In this document: piece by piece, positions 1 through 9,541 of the stretch
Layout of the letters: every line of letters starts with the position of its first letter
How positions within the stretch are numbered: position 1 is the first letter of the stretch
Assembly: GCA_012521995.1 (NCBI GenBank)
Contig: JAAYLH010000045.1
Span: 4,138 to 68,137 of the forward strand
DNA length: 64,000 nt
Source of the DNA: Bacteroidales bacterium
GTDB taxonomy: Bacteria; Bacteroidota; Bacteroidia; Bacteroidales; UBA7960
Direction: 5' to 3'
Notes under the pieces: model-generated
The model's input: only the letters and a program-made list of their open reading frames with translations
What the model was told of the DNA's origin: nothing
Databases searched by the model: none
Made by a program: the position numbers and the translations under genes

Positions 1-1525
1 TCATATAGGCGCCAAAAAGGGCCAGGGCAGTAAGGGCAGCAGACCCGATAGCAAATCCTTTACCGATGGCTGCGGTGGTATTGCCCACGGCATCCAGCTT
101 ATCGGTTTTTTCGCGAACATCGGGAGGAAGCTCCGACATTTCAGCAATACCCCCGGCATTGTCAGAGATGGGGCCATAAGCATCCACCGAAAGCTGGATA
201 CCCAGGTTGGAAAGCATGCCGACAGCAGCAATGGCGATACCATAAAGCCCACTGAGGTTGAACACCACCATGATGGTCACAGCAATGGTCAAAACGGGGA
301 TGATTGTTGAGAACATACCGATACCCAGGCCTGAGATGATGTTGGTGGCGCTGCCTGAAGTGGACTGGCGTGCAATGATGCGAACGGGAAGATAATTCAG
401 GCCCGTGAAATATTCAGTGGAATAGCCAATGATCAAACCAGCAACCAAACCGATCATTGAGGAGAGAAATACATTAAAGGAAGTGATGGTCCTTTCAATT
501 CCGCCATACAACAAATCCTTGAAAACGATTTGCTCAGGAAGGATGCTGGTGATCAGGAAATACGACATAATAACCATCAGGAATGCAGCAAGAAGCTGCC
601 CTATATTCAAGGCTGACTGAGGGTTTCCGCCCTCCTTCACCCGGACGAAAAAGGTTCCGATAATAGAGGAGAGTATCCCGGCCGTGGCCAGGAACATGGG
701 AAGCACGACAGGCGAAAGGCCGCTGAAACTATCTGTATAGGTAGCGGTCAGCAGTGAAACACCAAGCACCATGGCGGCAATGATTGAGCTAACATACGAC
801 TCAAAGAGGTCAGCACCCATCCCGGCCACATCGCCCACGTTATCGCCGACGTTATCAGCAACTGTTGCAGGATTCATGGGATGGTCTTCAGGAATGCCTG
901 ATTCTACTTTTCCAACCAGGTCGGCACCAACGTCAGCGGCTTTGGTAAAAATCCCGCCACCCACTCGGCTAAAGAGCGCAATGGTGGAGGCGCCAAACGA
1001 AAATCCTGTTATGATGGACAGGATTCTGTTAACGGTTGAGGGGGTATCAAAACCAAAAATATTGGTATAAAGGATAAACAGGAAACCAAGCCCCAGCATA
1101 CCCAGTCCAACCACACTTAGCCCCATGACACTGCCTCCTGTAAAAGCGACCTTCAGTGCGGCGTTCAGGCTGGTGCGTGCAGCATTGGCGGTACGAACAT
1201 TAGCCTTGGTTGCGATGCGCATCCCTATAAATCCTGCCAGGGCAGAACTGGATGCGCCCAGAATAAAGGAAAAGGCCACCAGCGGAGAAGAGGTCTCAGG
1301 GTCAGCCACAAAGATCAGCACCAGGGTGATGAGCACTATAAAAATAGCCAGAATTTTATACTCGGCCTTGATAAAAGCCATGGCGCCATCGGAAATAAAG
1401 GCCGAGATCTTCTTCATCTTTTCATTCCCGACTTCCTGCTTATTGATCCAGGAGGTGCGAAAAAAGGTAAATATCAGCGCGACCACACCGATGAGGGGTA
1501 CAAGGTAAATCAAAAAATTGTCCAT
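1..1525 (-). CDS. hppA: Membrane-bound K+-dependent (probably Na+-translocating) pyrophosphatase, 3'-truncated by the window edge
   Basis: Not in the ORF track because it has no stop in the window. My translation from ATG 1525 starts [17 protein letters not shown] and contains [41 protein letters not shown] and [24 protein letters not shown], all mPPase signature motifs. Confidence 0.95.
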   Translation of the reverse strand, partial: MDNFLIYLVPLIGVVALIFTFFRTSWINKQEVGNEKMKKISAFISDGAMAFIKAEYKILAIFIVLITLVLIFVADPETSSPLVAFSFILGASSSALAGFIGMRIATKANVRTANAARTSLNAALKVAFTGGSVMGLSVVGLGMLGLGFLFILYTNIFGFDTPSTVNRILSIITGFSFGASTIALFSRVGGGIFTKAADVGADLVGKVESGIPEDHPMNPATVADNVGDNVGDVAGMGADLFESYVSSIIAAMVLGVSLLTATYTDSFSGLSPVVLPMFLATAGILSSIIGTFFVRVKEGGNPQSALNIGQLLAAFLMVIMSYFLITSILPEQIVFKDLLYGGIERTITSFNVFLSSMIGLVAGLIIGYSTEYFTGLNYLPVRIIARQSTSGSATNIISGLGIGMFSTIIPVLTIAVTIMVVFNLSGLYGIAIAAVGMLSNLGIQLSVDAYGPISDNAGGIAEMSELPPDVREKTDKLDAVGNTTAAIGKGFAIGSAALTALALFGAYM

Positions 1526-1748
1526 ACGTGATACATTAATTGTACATACTTAACTTCATTCATTGATTGGGTTGTTATGTGCAAAAAAACAATCGAATAA
1601 AAAAAAGGTTCATCAAATGTTTAATTATTTGTTTAAATGTTTATTAATAGTCTGATTTGTTGATAAAGTATCATGAAAAACATCATCCAAAGGAATACAG
1701 GAATGGGCATTTCCCTTTAAATTTTTACCTTTGCTTAAATTCAAAATC

Positions 1749-2873
1749 ATGCACCTCCAGAAGCTTTCGCTAATCAATTTCAGGAACTACTCCGAGATCG
1801 CCCTGGAGTTCTCGCCTAAATTTAATTGCTTTGCAGGCAATAACGGGACGGGGAAGACCAACCTGCTGGAGGCCATCTATTATCTCTCATTTTGCAAGAG
1901 TTTTTCAAACCCAATTGACAGTCAGAATATCCTTTTCGGGCAGGATTATTTCATGATCCAGGGGCAGTACCAGGTAAACGGAAGCCAGGATGAGTTGTAT
2001 TGCGGGGTCAAGCAGCAGCAGCGAAAGGTTTTCAAGCGCAACAAAAAAGAATATGAGCGCCTGTCAGACCACATTGGGTTGTATCCCCTGGTGCTGATTA
2101 GTCCGAAAGACGCCCAGCTTATCCTGGGAGGAAGTGAAGAGCGCAGAAAATTTGTGGATGGGGTCATTTCGCAATACCAGCACGATTATCTGCAGCACCT
2201 GCTCAATTACAATAAAGCCCTGGCGCAACGCAATGCGCTGCTAAAGCTGTTTGCCGAGCGCCGGAAGTTTGACGCTGCTTCTCTTGAGATTTGGGATGAA
2301 CAACTGCTGACTCAGGGGGGAAAGATCTTTGAGGAGCGTAAAGCATTTTTTGATGCCTTTCTCCCTGTATTCAATGAATATTATGCTGCCCTCTCGGGCG
2401 GGAATGAAACTGTTAATATCGATTATCAAAGCACCCTGCTTGAAGGGGATTTTGCGGCTCAGCTTATGGAAACGCGGGAAAAGGACCGCATCATGCAATT
2501 CACCACAACGGGGATTCATAAGGATGAGCTGGTGTTTTATATCCACGATGTGCCTGTAAAACGTTTTGGAAGCCAGGGCCAGCAGAAATCCTTTCTGATC
2601 GCCCTGAAGCTTGCGCAGTTCAGTTTCACCAGGAAGGTGAAGGGGCTTAGCCCCATCCTGCTGTTTGATGACATCTTCGACAAGCTGGATGAAGACCGCG
2701 TTGAACATTTAATGAGGCTGGTAAGCGATGACAGCTTTGGTCAGGTATTCGTTACTGACACCAATCTTGAGCGGCTGGTGAGCCTTTTCCAAAAAATCGG
2801 GGGTGAAAGCAGGATATTCCTTGTGGAATCGGGCAACATCACTAAAATATCGAATGCAAACCCTCAAAAATAG
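1749..2873 (+). CDS. recF: DNA replication/repair protein RecF
   Basis: NFRNY motif, Walker A GNNGTGKTN, GSQGQQKS signature, Walker B LLFDD. ATG 1749 is preferred over TTG 1731, which overlaps the TACCTTTG promoter at 1726-1733. Confidence 0.95.
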   Translation: MHLQKLSLINFRNYSEIALEFSPKFNCFAGNNGTGKTNLLEAIYYLSFCKSFSNPIDSQNILFGQDYFMIQGQYQVNGSQDELYCGVKQQQRKVFKRNKKEYERLSDHIGLYPLVLISPKDAQLILGGSEERRKFVDGVISQYQHDYLQHLLNYNKALAQRNALLKLFAERRKFDAASLEIWDEQLLTQGGKIFEERKAFFDAFLPVFNEYYAALSGGNETVNIDYQSTLLEGDFAAQLMETREKDRIMQFTTTGIHKDELVFYIHDVPVKRFGSQGQQKSFLIALKLAQFSFTRKVKGLSPILLFDDIFDKLDEDRVEHLMRLVSDDSFGQVFVTDTNLERLVSLFQKIGGESRIFLVESGNITKISNANPQK

Positions 2874-2876
2874 GCA

Positions 2877-3167
2877 ATGCGACATTCAAATCAACAAACC
2901 CTGGGAGAAGTGATCAGGGAGTTTCTCAAGAATTTTGGCCTTGAAGAAAAGGTGACAGAGACCCGCATCTCTGAAGTCTGGGAGAAAGTCATGGGGCAAG
3001 GGATTTCGAAGTATACACAGCGCATCAGCTTGAGGAACAAGACCCTTACCATCTACCTCACCTCCCCTGCCCTGCGACAAGAGCTTTCTTACGGAAAAAC
3101 CAAGATCATCAAAATGATCAACGATGAATTGGGAAGGGCTGCAATTGAAGATTTGGCCTTTCGTTAG
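2877..3167 (+). CDS. DUF721/DciA-like protein
   Basis: 96 aa directly after recF, the usual context; WEKVMG and SPALRQELSYGKTKIIKMIN pattern. Confidence 0.8.
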   Translation: MRHSNQQTLGEVIREFLKNFGLEEKVTETRISEVWEKVMGQGISKYTQRISLRNKTLTIYLTSPALRQELSYGKTKIIKMINDELGRAAIEDLAFR

Positions 3168-3296
3168 CTTTTGGTTTGTTTACCGCTTTACCCCTTCCCT
3201 TGGCAGGCACACCAAGAAGACTTCATTACCATCTATTTTTTTTTATCCGGCCATAAAGATTGTGCGGAGCGCCGTAAAGCATCCCTTTAATAATAT

Positions 3297-3304
3297 TATT
3301 TTTG
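3297..3304 (+). promoter_or_regulatory. Bacteroidota -7 promoter element (TATTTTTG), 4 nt before the ROK start codon
   Basis: Exact TAnnTTTG match followed by CTGC-ATG. Confidence 0.6.
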
Positions 3305-3308
3305 CTGC

Positions 3309-4253
3309 ATGAGAAAGGTTCTCCTGGGGATTGACATAGGGGGTACGAGCATCAAGGCCGGGCTCTTTACTGAAGAGCTGGTATTGCTTAAACGTTTTTG
3401 CACCGCAGTATGCCGTGAAGACCAGCCTAGGGTTCCCATCAATAAGTTGCTAAAGTGGATAAAAGAAAAAGAAACCGATGATGAGGTGGCTTTGCTCTCT
3501 GCGGCAGCGGGAATTCCCGGAATCCTTGATCAAGAAAAGGGCATGCTTTCGCTGGCTGCCAATTTGCCGCTTTGGGTGGGTTTCCCCATAAGGGATTACT
3601 TTAAAGAGCGCTTGGGAGTGGCCGTTTCCATTGGAAATGACGGCAACATGGCTGCCTTGGGAGAATACCATTGCGGTAGTGGCAAAGACATGGTAACAAT
3701 GGTTATGTTAACGCTTGGCACAGGGGTTGGAGGCGCCATCATTGACCATGGAAGACTCCTGGAATACAATAATTTCTCAGGAGAAATAGGGCATATGATC
3801 ATTGATATGCACGGGGCAGAATGCCATTGCGGAAGGAGGGGTTGCCTTGAGACCATGGCCGCCAAGTCGGGAATGATGCGATTACTTGGTGAAGAGCTGA
3901 AAACCTCCCCCCACAACAAGGAAGAATACGCAAACCTTTCAAAAGTCTCCCCACTTAGGTTGTCTCAGCTGGCTGCTTCAGGTGACCCCATTGCCATGGA
4001 GGTATACCGCAAATCCGGGGAGGCTGTAGGCATTGGAATCGGAAATGTGATGAACATCCTTCGATTGGATGGAGCTGTTATTGGTGGAGGCATTGCCGGG
4101 GCATGGGAAGGGTTTTTCAAGGCAATTGAGGAAGCTCTTGCAAAAACAGCCTTTGATTACAATCCCGAAAGGATCAGGATAAAAAAAGCAAGCCTGGGTG
4201 AGCACGCAGGCTTATATGGTGCGGCCGTGGCTGCAAAGCAGTTAATGGATTAA
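3309..4253 (+). CDS. ROK family sugar kinase (glucokinase-like)
   Basis: GIDIGGT, NDGNMAALGE, TLGTGVGG, GEIGH, CHCGRRGCLE. Confidence 0.9.
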   Translation: MRKVLLGIDIGGTSIKAGLFTEELVLLKRFCTAVCREDQPRVPINKLLKWIKEKETDDEVALLSAAAGIPGILDQEKGMLSLAANLPLWVGFPIRDYFKERLGVAVSIGNDGNMAALGEYHCGSGKDMVTMVMLTLGTGVGGAIIDHGRLLEYNNFSGEIGHMIIDMHGAECHCGRRGCLETMAAKSGMMRLLGEELKTSPHNKEEYANLSKVSPLRLSQLAASGDPIAMEVYRKSGEAVGIGIGNVMNILRLDGAVIGGGIAGAWEGFFKAIEEALAKTAFDYNPERIRIKKASLGEHAGLYGAAVAAKQLMD

Positions 4254-5200
4254 GCCCCGGAAAGAATTTCTACCTCTACCCTGCTTTTTCGGATTCTTTT
4301 GACCCTGCACAAAAGCTTTCCCAAAGGAGCCCATTGTTTGCCTTCTTCTTCGTTCACCTGAACCTTAATCTCCTCCCCAAAAGCGTCCTTCAGGACAATG
4401 ATCTTTTGATGCGACCCGTTTGAGAACACATATTCTTCCAGTCTGTCAACAAGAAACCAATATTCTTTTCCAATCTCGTATACAGGATGAATTGGCTCAA
4501 GGAAGGGGGAGCCATCCCCCAGGGTACCATCCACCCTGCAGTAAATTTGTTGTCCTTGGTGCATTCTGTAATGGCGGTAATGCTTTTCCCTGAGCAGATA
4601 CCTTAACCCGTCCTCATACTGTAGAATAAAGTATTTTTGGCCATCCCCCGGATCCGCTTTCTGGTCAACGATCAGAAATGGATAGGTCTCTCCCTGGACA
4701 AATGGCCCGGGATCTTGACCTTCATCGGGCAAACGAAGGAATAACTTTCCCTTTTTAATGCGAACCACCAAGCATTGAATCTTAACCGGAAAGCGGGGTT
4801 CAAGGTTTTTTGGGGCATTTTTTCGTACAGTCCATTGCTTTCCCAGGCAATCAATGATCCTGTAATACCATTCTTCCCCGCCCGAAAGATTACGCTGGTA
4901 CCCCAGGCTAATTACATCAAAATCATAAAGATTACCTTCCTCATACCGGGGGTGGCGTGGTTCGAGATACATTTTTCCCGAGCAACTGATCTTATCCACC
5001 CTGCATATCAATTCCTGCCCTTCCCTGAATCCATATTCAGCATAAAAACCTGCAGGCAAAAGCATTTTATAACCAAAGGGGTCCTGCACCACAAAGAAGT
5101 CCTCTCCCTTGTCAAGGTTCAGCCTGCCTGTTAATCGGAAGACATAGCTTTCCCCTTCCGTGAGCAGGGAATTCCGGATCCTAACCTGATGAAATTCCAT
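4250..5200 (-). CDS. Hypothetical protein with four ~75-aa internal repeats (OB/S1-like by inference)
   Basis: 316-aa ORF abutting the pncA stop codon. Each repeat begins GxxYxF and carries a C(R/L)V motif near its end. Confidence 0.7.
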   Translation of the reverse strand: MEFHQVRIRNSLLTEGESYVFRLTGRLNLDKGEDFFVVQDPFGYKMLLPAGFYAEYGFREGQELICRVDKISCSGKMYLEPRHPRYEEGNLYDFDVISLGYQRNLSGGEEWYYRIIDCLGKQWTVRKNAPKNLEPRFPVKIQCLVVRIKKGKLFLRLPDEGQDPGPFVQGETYPFLIVDQKADPGDGQKYFILQYEDGLRYLLREKHYRHYRMHQGQQIYCRVDGTLGDGSPFLEPIHPVYEIGKEYWFLVDRLEEYVFSNGSHQKIIVLKDAFGEEIKVQVNEEEGKQWAPLGKLLCRVKRIRKSRVEVEILSGA

Positions 5201-5821
5201 TTATTGATTGGCCTGAATAATAGCTGCCGAATGAAGAAACTTTCCTCCCTTATCGGTGATATTTTTTTTCATGATCTCCAAACCGCGGGGATCAATGGGT
5301 CGCGTGGCATCCTCCACAACAAAGGTCCGAAAACCCAGATCCAGTGCATCGAGGGCAGTGTAAGCCACACAATAGTCAGCCGCCAGCCCTGCCAAAAACA
5401 ACTGGGTAACACCCCGTCCCTTAAGGTAAGCCCCTAAGCCTGTATCCTTTAGCCGCCCATTGTCAAAGAAGCCGCTGTAGCTGTCTATACCGGGATCTGT
5501 TCCTTTGCGGAACACCGCTTCAATGGCATTTTGGGCCAAAGACTCAGAAAATGCTGCCCCCGGGCTACCCTGCACACAATGATCAGGCCACAGCACTTGA
5601 TCCATTCCACCCAGAGTACCCACCTCAAAAGGCTTTTTCCCTTCATGGGCCGAAGCAAAACTACCGTGGTTCGAAGGATGCCAGTCTTGTGTTGCCACCA
5701 CCAGGTCAAAGTGGCCTTGCATTTCATTGATCACTTCAACGATTTCATCCCCGGCAGGCACAGCTAGGGCGCCCCCTGGCAGAAAATCGTTCTGAACGTC
5801 AATAATAAGAAGAGCCTTCAT
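5201..5821 (-). CDS. pncA: Nicotinamidase/pyrazinamidase
   Basis: IIDVQNDF, TQDWHP, WPDHCVQ, KG..DSYSGF, GLAADYCV. Confidence 0.93.
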   Translation of the reverse strand: MKALLIIDVQNDFLPGGALAVPAGDEIVEVINEMQGHFDLVVATQDWHPSNHGSFASAHEGKKPFEVGTLGGMDQVLWPDHCVQGSPGAAFSESLAQNAIEAVFRKGTDPGIDSYSGFFDNGRLKDTGLGAYLKGRGVTQLFLAGLAADYCVAYTALDALDLGFRTFVVEDATRPIDPRGLEIMKKNITDKGGKFLHSAAIIQANQ

Positions 5822-5856
5822 ATAAAAAAAGCTTTAATGAAACAAAAAATCAAGAA

Positions 5857-7272
5857 TCAGGATAAGCCTTGGTGCTGATGAATGATTTGAGTACGAAGAT
5901 CAGACAGTCGTTCGGAAATGCCAACCTTATAGATGTGGGGGAAATCGAAACGCTGATGTTCGGCAGGAAGCCTTTTCAGTCTTTCATATACTCTTTCACG
6001 CAATTCAAAAAGAGACTGCGATTTTTGCACCGCCTTGCCATCCACCATTAAAGGAAAAAATACCTCCTCAAAGTCCCGCCCCTCCAAAACCAGAGATTTT
6101 TCCTTTTCAAAGGGATGAATCATTCTCCCGGGTTCTTTCTCTTCTATCAGGGCCACGCAGTCGGAATAAAATTTCCCATCCTGGTCAAGGTAGCGAAGCA
6201 CTTTTTTCTTGCCGGGGAGGGTGGTTTTTTGCACGTTATCTGAGATCTTCAGGCGGGCTTTACCACCCGATGCGGCGAGCTTATAGACCCCGTCAATGGC
6301 CCCGTCAGGCCTTCCAATCACCATATTGGTGCCAACACCAAAGATATCAATGGGCGCCTCTTGGTCAAGCAGGCTTTTTATCACATGTTCATCCAACTGA
6401 TTCGATACAACAATCTTTACATAATCCAGTCCGCTATCATCCAACATCTTCCTCGACTTTCTGGCAAAATAGGCAAGGTCACCACTATCGAGTCGAATGG
6501 CTGACAATCGTTTGCCCTGGGCTTCCATCTCATGGGCCACTTTAATAGCGTTGGGCACCCCAATTTTCAGGGTATTGTAGGTATCAACCAGCAAGACACA
6601 TTGATCGGGAAAGGCTTCGGCATAATGCCTGAAGGCCTCTATTTCGCTGTCGAATGCTTCAATAAAGGAATGGGCCATGGTTCCTGCCGGAGGTATCCCG
6701 TAACGTTCCGCCGCCAAAACATTGGAGGTGGTGTCAAAGCCTCCAATAATGGCTGCCTTGCTTGCATGCAAAGCTCCAAACGATTGCGCCCTGCGAAGAC
6801 CAAAATCACTGAGTTGCCTGTCCCCTGCCGAATGCCTGATACGGCTGGCCTTGGTGGCAATCAGCGACTGGAAATTCAGAATGTTCAGCAACAAGGTTTC
6901 CACAAGTTGCGTCTCAAGCAAACCACCTTCAACGCGCAGAATGGGTTCAAAGGGAAAAACAATTTCCCCTTCCTGCATGCCTGTCAGATGGCCCCTGAAC
7001 TGAAAACTTTCCAGGTAATCGAGATACTCATCCTTGAACCCTTGTTTTTTCAAATAGGAAAGATCTCTTCCCTGGAAGCGAAGCCCTTCGATCATTTCCA
7101 GCAGTTCGCCAAGTCCTGCAAACACAACGTAGCCGCCTTTGTAAGGGATTTTTCTGAAAAAATAATCGAAGCAGGCTTCTGTGTCCTGTTTTTCGTTCAT
7201 GAAATACGCCTGCCCCATGGTAAGTTGGTACAAGTCGGTATAAAGCGGGGAGATTTTTTTAAATTCAAACAT
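5857..7272 (-). CDS. pncB: Nicotinate phosphoribosyltransferase
   Basis: TDLYQLTM, DFGLRRAQ, GTMAHS, LVDTY, RLDSGD, FGVGT. Confidence 0.95.
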   Translation of the reverse strand: MFEFKKISPLYTDLYQLTMGQAYFMNEKQDTEACFDYFFRKIPYKGGYVVFAGLGELLEMIEGLRFQGRDLSYLKKQGFKDEYLDYLESFQFRGHLTGMQEGEIVFPFEPILRVEGGLLETQLVETLLLNILNFQSLIATKASRIRHSAGDRQLSDFGLRRAQSFGALHASKAAIIGGFDTTSNVLAAERYGIPPAGTMAHSFIEAFDSEIEAFRHYAEAFPDQCVLLVDTYNTLKIGVPNAIKVAHEMEAQGKRLSAIRLDSGDLAYFARKSRKMLDDSGLDYVKIVVSNQLDEHVIKSLLDQEAPIDIFGVGTNMVIGRPDGAIDGVYKLAASGGKARLKISDNVQKTTLPGKKKVLRYLDQDGKFYSDCVALIEEKEPGRMIHPFEKEKSLVLEGRDFEEVFFPLMVDGKAVQKSQSLFELRERVYERLKRLPAEHQRFDFPHIYKVGISERLSDLRTQIIHQHQGLS

Positions 7273-7284
7273 GATTGATGTTTT

Positions 7285-7818
7285 TCAAATAAGTTTTTCA
7301 AGTGCATTTCCAAATACCTGGTGGGCATAGTGGCTGAAGAGCACCATCCGAATAGTGCGAAGGCTTTTTAGCGAAGGCATGGCATCCATAACGGCTTTCA
7401 GAGCCACAGGGGCTGCCTCTTCAACCGGATACCCAAATACCCCTGTGGAAATAGCCGGGAAAGCAATGCTTTGAATCCCCCGCTCTTCACAAATACGCAT
7501 AGCATTTTCATAACAATTGGCCAGGTAAAGATCATGTGGAATATCGCGATCATAGACAGGGCCCAGGCAATGGATCACATAATTATTGGGCAAATGATGC
7601 CCTCCGGTGATAACTGCCTCACCAGGCTTCAGGGGACCCAGCGGATGCGCTTCCTTTTCCAGCCCGGTACCTGCAGCACGATGAATGGCCCCATCCACCC
7701 CGCCACCGGCATACAACTGAGCATTGGCAGCATTCGCAATAGCTTCTATATCAGGCTGCTTTGTAATATCACCTTCTATCAATTCAAGCGTAACATCTCC
7801 AAAAATATATCTGTTCAT
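7285..7818 (-). CDS. Macro domain protein (O-acetyl-ADP-ribose deacetylase/YmdB-like)
   Basis: GDIT, NAAN..L..GGGVDGAIH.AAG, SIAFPAISTGVFGYP. Confidence 0.9.
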   Translation of the reverse strand: MNRYIFGDVTLELIEGDITKQPDIEAIANAANAQLYAGGGVDGAIHRAAGTGLEKEAHPLGPLKPGEAVITGGHHLPNNYVIHCLGPVYDRDIPHDLYLANCYENAMRICEERGIQSIAFPAISTGVFGYPVEEAAPVALKAVMDAMPSLKSLRTIRMVLFSHYAHQVFGNALEKLI

Positions 7819-7826
7819 AAGATAAC

Positions 7827-8004
7827 GGTTTCTGGTTTCAGGTTTCTGGTTTAATTAATTTTTTTTATGGTGTTAAGGCTTTTAACTTGGAATCCGCTGG
7901 TAAGGGGACAAGCTTTGGAATCTGGAACCTTGAATCCACCTGTGTCAGACTAGCGTAACTCCTAAACTTCTAAACTAACTTCAAACTCCCAACCCCAAAC
8001 CTCA
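7827..8004. repeat. Three runs of degenerate 7-bp tandem repeats (STRR-like)
   Basis: ggtttct/ggtttca/ggtttct (7827-7852); tttggaa/tctggaa/ccttgaa (7914-7934); aacttca/aactccc/aacccca/aacctca (7977-8004). Confidence 0.65.
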
Positions 8005-9387
8005 AACCTTAACAACAAACGCCTGTGAAGCCTCATATTTCACCACCCTGATCGTCTCTCCTTTTTCGACAAAACCCGTAAGGGCCGTTGCATCATAGAT
8101 GTCGTCCTCCACCTCAATCTTTCCGCTGGGGCGCAACACAGTAAAGGCTGTTCCTGTTTTCCCTACCAGGCTTTTCATTTGGGTGCTCGCCGAGGTAAAA
8201 CCCGAATCGGTTTCCTGAATGGTGTTTAAGGCAAAGCCCTGGAATCGTTTTCCGGGGGTGAACAGCTTTTTCCCAAGAAAAAATGATAAGGTAAGGGAAA
8301 GAAACAGGGCAATAATGACAATACTGAAGGCCAACAGCACTTCCCTTGCCGGCACACCCGTGAAGTCCCAGCCATCGTTGGCCACCATGGACATTGCCAG
8401 GCCTGTAAGGACAAAAATGATGCCAAGGGCCCCGGTCACCCCGAAGCCTGGGATGGCAAAAATTTCGACTGCAATTAATATAACCCCAATGATAAAGAAT
8501 GCAATCTCCCAATGAGAAGCAAGTCCTTCAATATACAGCGGGGCGAAATACAGGAGGGCTGCCACTGCAGCTGCCAGTATGGGAAAACCGATACCTGGCG
8601 TTTGCAGTTCAAAATAAATCCCCCCGATGATCAGCATGATCAGCAATCCGCTGACAACAGGGCTGATCAATAAGCCAATTAGTTTCTCGATCCAGGTAAA
8701 TCCCTGTTCAATGATCTCGTAGTGCTCGATACCTGCCACTTCCATTACCCCTCCAATATCTTCAGAAATACCTTCGCAATAGCCCCACTGCATGGCTTCC
8801 GAGGCAGTAAAAGTAAGGACCTTTCCCTCCTCTACAAGCCCTGGAATCTCAAAGCTGGGATCCACCATGGCCTGCGCAATTTCAGGATCGCGTCCTTTGG
8901 CTTCTGCCGTTGAGCGCATCGTTGAGCGCATATACGACTGGAACTTGTCGGGCACCACCTGCCCGGTAGCATCCACCACAGTGGCAGCACCCATATTGGA
9001 TCCAGTGCGCATATAAATCCTGTCGCAGGCTATCGAGATCAGGGCCCCGGCAGACGCAGCATTGTTATCGATAAAAACCATAACAGGGATTTTCGACTGC
9101 AGGATGCGGGTGCGGATCGAATCGGCGGCATCCACAGCACCCCCGTAGGTGTTCATGTGGATCAGCACCAGGTCAGCGCCCAGGCTGTCAGCCTCTTCAA
9201 AGGCCTTTTGCGTCTTGTAAACAGCCGGACGGGCAATGTCCTCCTTGATATCATATTTATATACCTTGATAGTCTTCCCGGGTTCATTTGCAAGCATTTC
9301 ACCCACGCGGTCCACGCGTTGCGCCTCGACCTGGAAGCCAGTCAATCCCAGAAGAATGCCGGCAAAAACAATACGGAATGTTTTCAT
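8002..9387 (-). CDS. nfeD: NfeD long-form membrane-bound serine protease (ClpP class)
   Basis: Signal peptide, NTYGG, AASAGALI, membrane bundle with ELQTPG, C-terminal OB domain (T.LRPSG). Confidence 0.88.
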   Translation of the reverse strand: MKTFRIVFAGILLGLTGFQVEAQRVDRVGEMLANEPGKTIKVYKYDIKEDIARPAVYKTQKAFEEADSLGADLVLIHMNTYGGAVDAADSIRTRILQSKIPVMVFIDNNAASAGALISIACDRIYMRTGSNMGAATVVDATGQVVPDKFQSYMRSTMRSTAEAKGRDPEIAQAMVDPSFEIPGLVEEGKVLTFTASEAMQWGYCEGISEDIGGVMEVAGIEHYEIIEQGFTWIEKLIGLLISPVVSGLLIMLIIGGIYFELQTPGIGFPILAAAVAALLYFAPLYIEGLASHWEIAFFIIGVILIAVEIFAIPGFGVTGALGIIFVLTGLAMSMVANDGWDFTGVPAREVLLAFSIVIIALFLSLTLSFFLGKKLFTPGKRFQGFALNTIQETDSGFTSASTQMKSLVGKTGTAFTVLRPSGKIEVEDDIYDATALTGFVEKGETIRVVKYEASQAFVVKV

Positions 9388-9541
9388 AGGTTCTGTAAAA
9401 TCAGGGAAAACAAAATGGTTAACGTCACGAAGTTAAACAAAATACCCTAAAAGGACCTTCACCCCTTTATAAAAAACAATCACTACTTTTGAATGGATTT
9501 AGGGTGTCCTCGTCCTGTCAAAAAAAAACTTTCCTGCGCTG

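Noticed and set aside
4250-7818. Anti-phage defence or phage NARP-type NAD reconstitution system
   Set aside because: The genes are ordinary pncA/pncB plus a macrodomain. There is no Nampt, ADPR-PP synthetase, sirtuin, TIR or toxin gene, and no mobile context.
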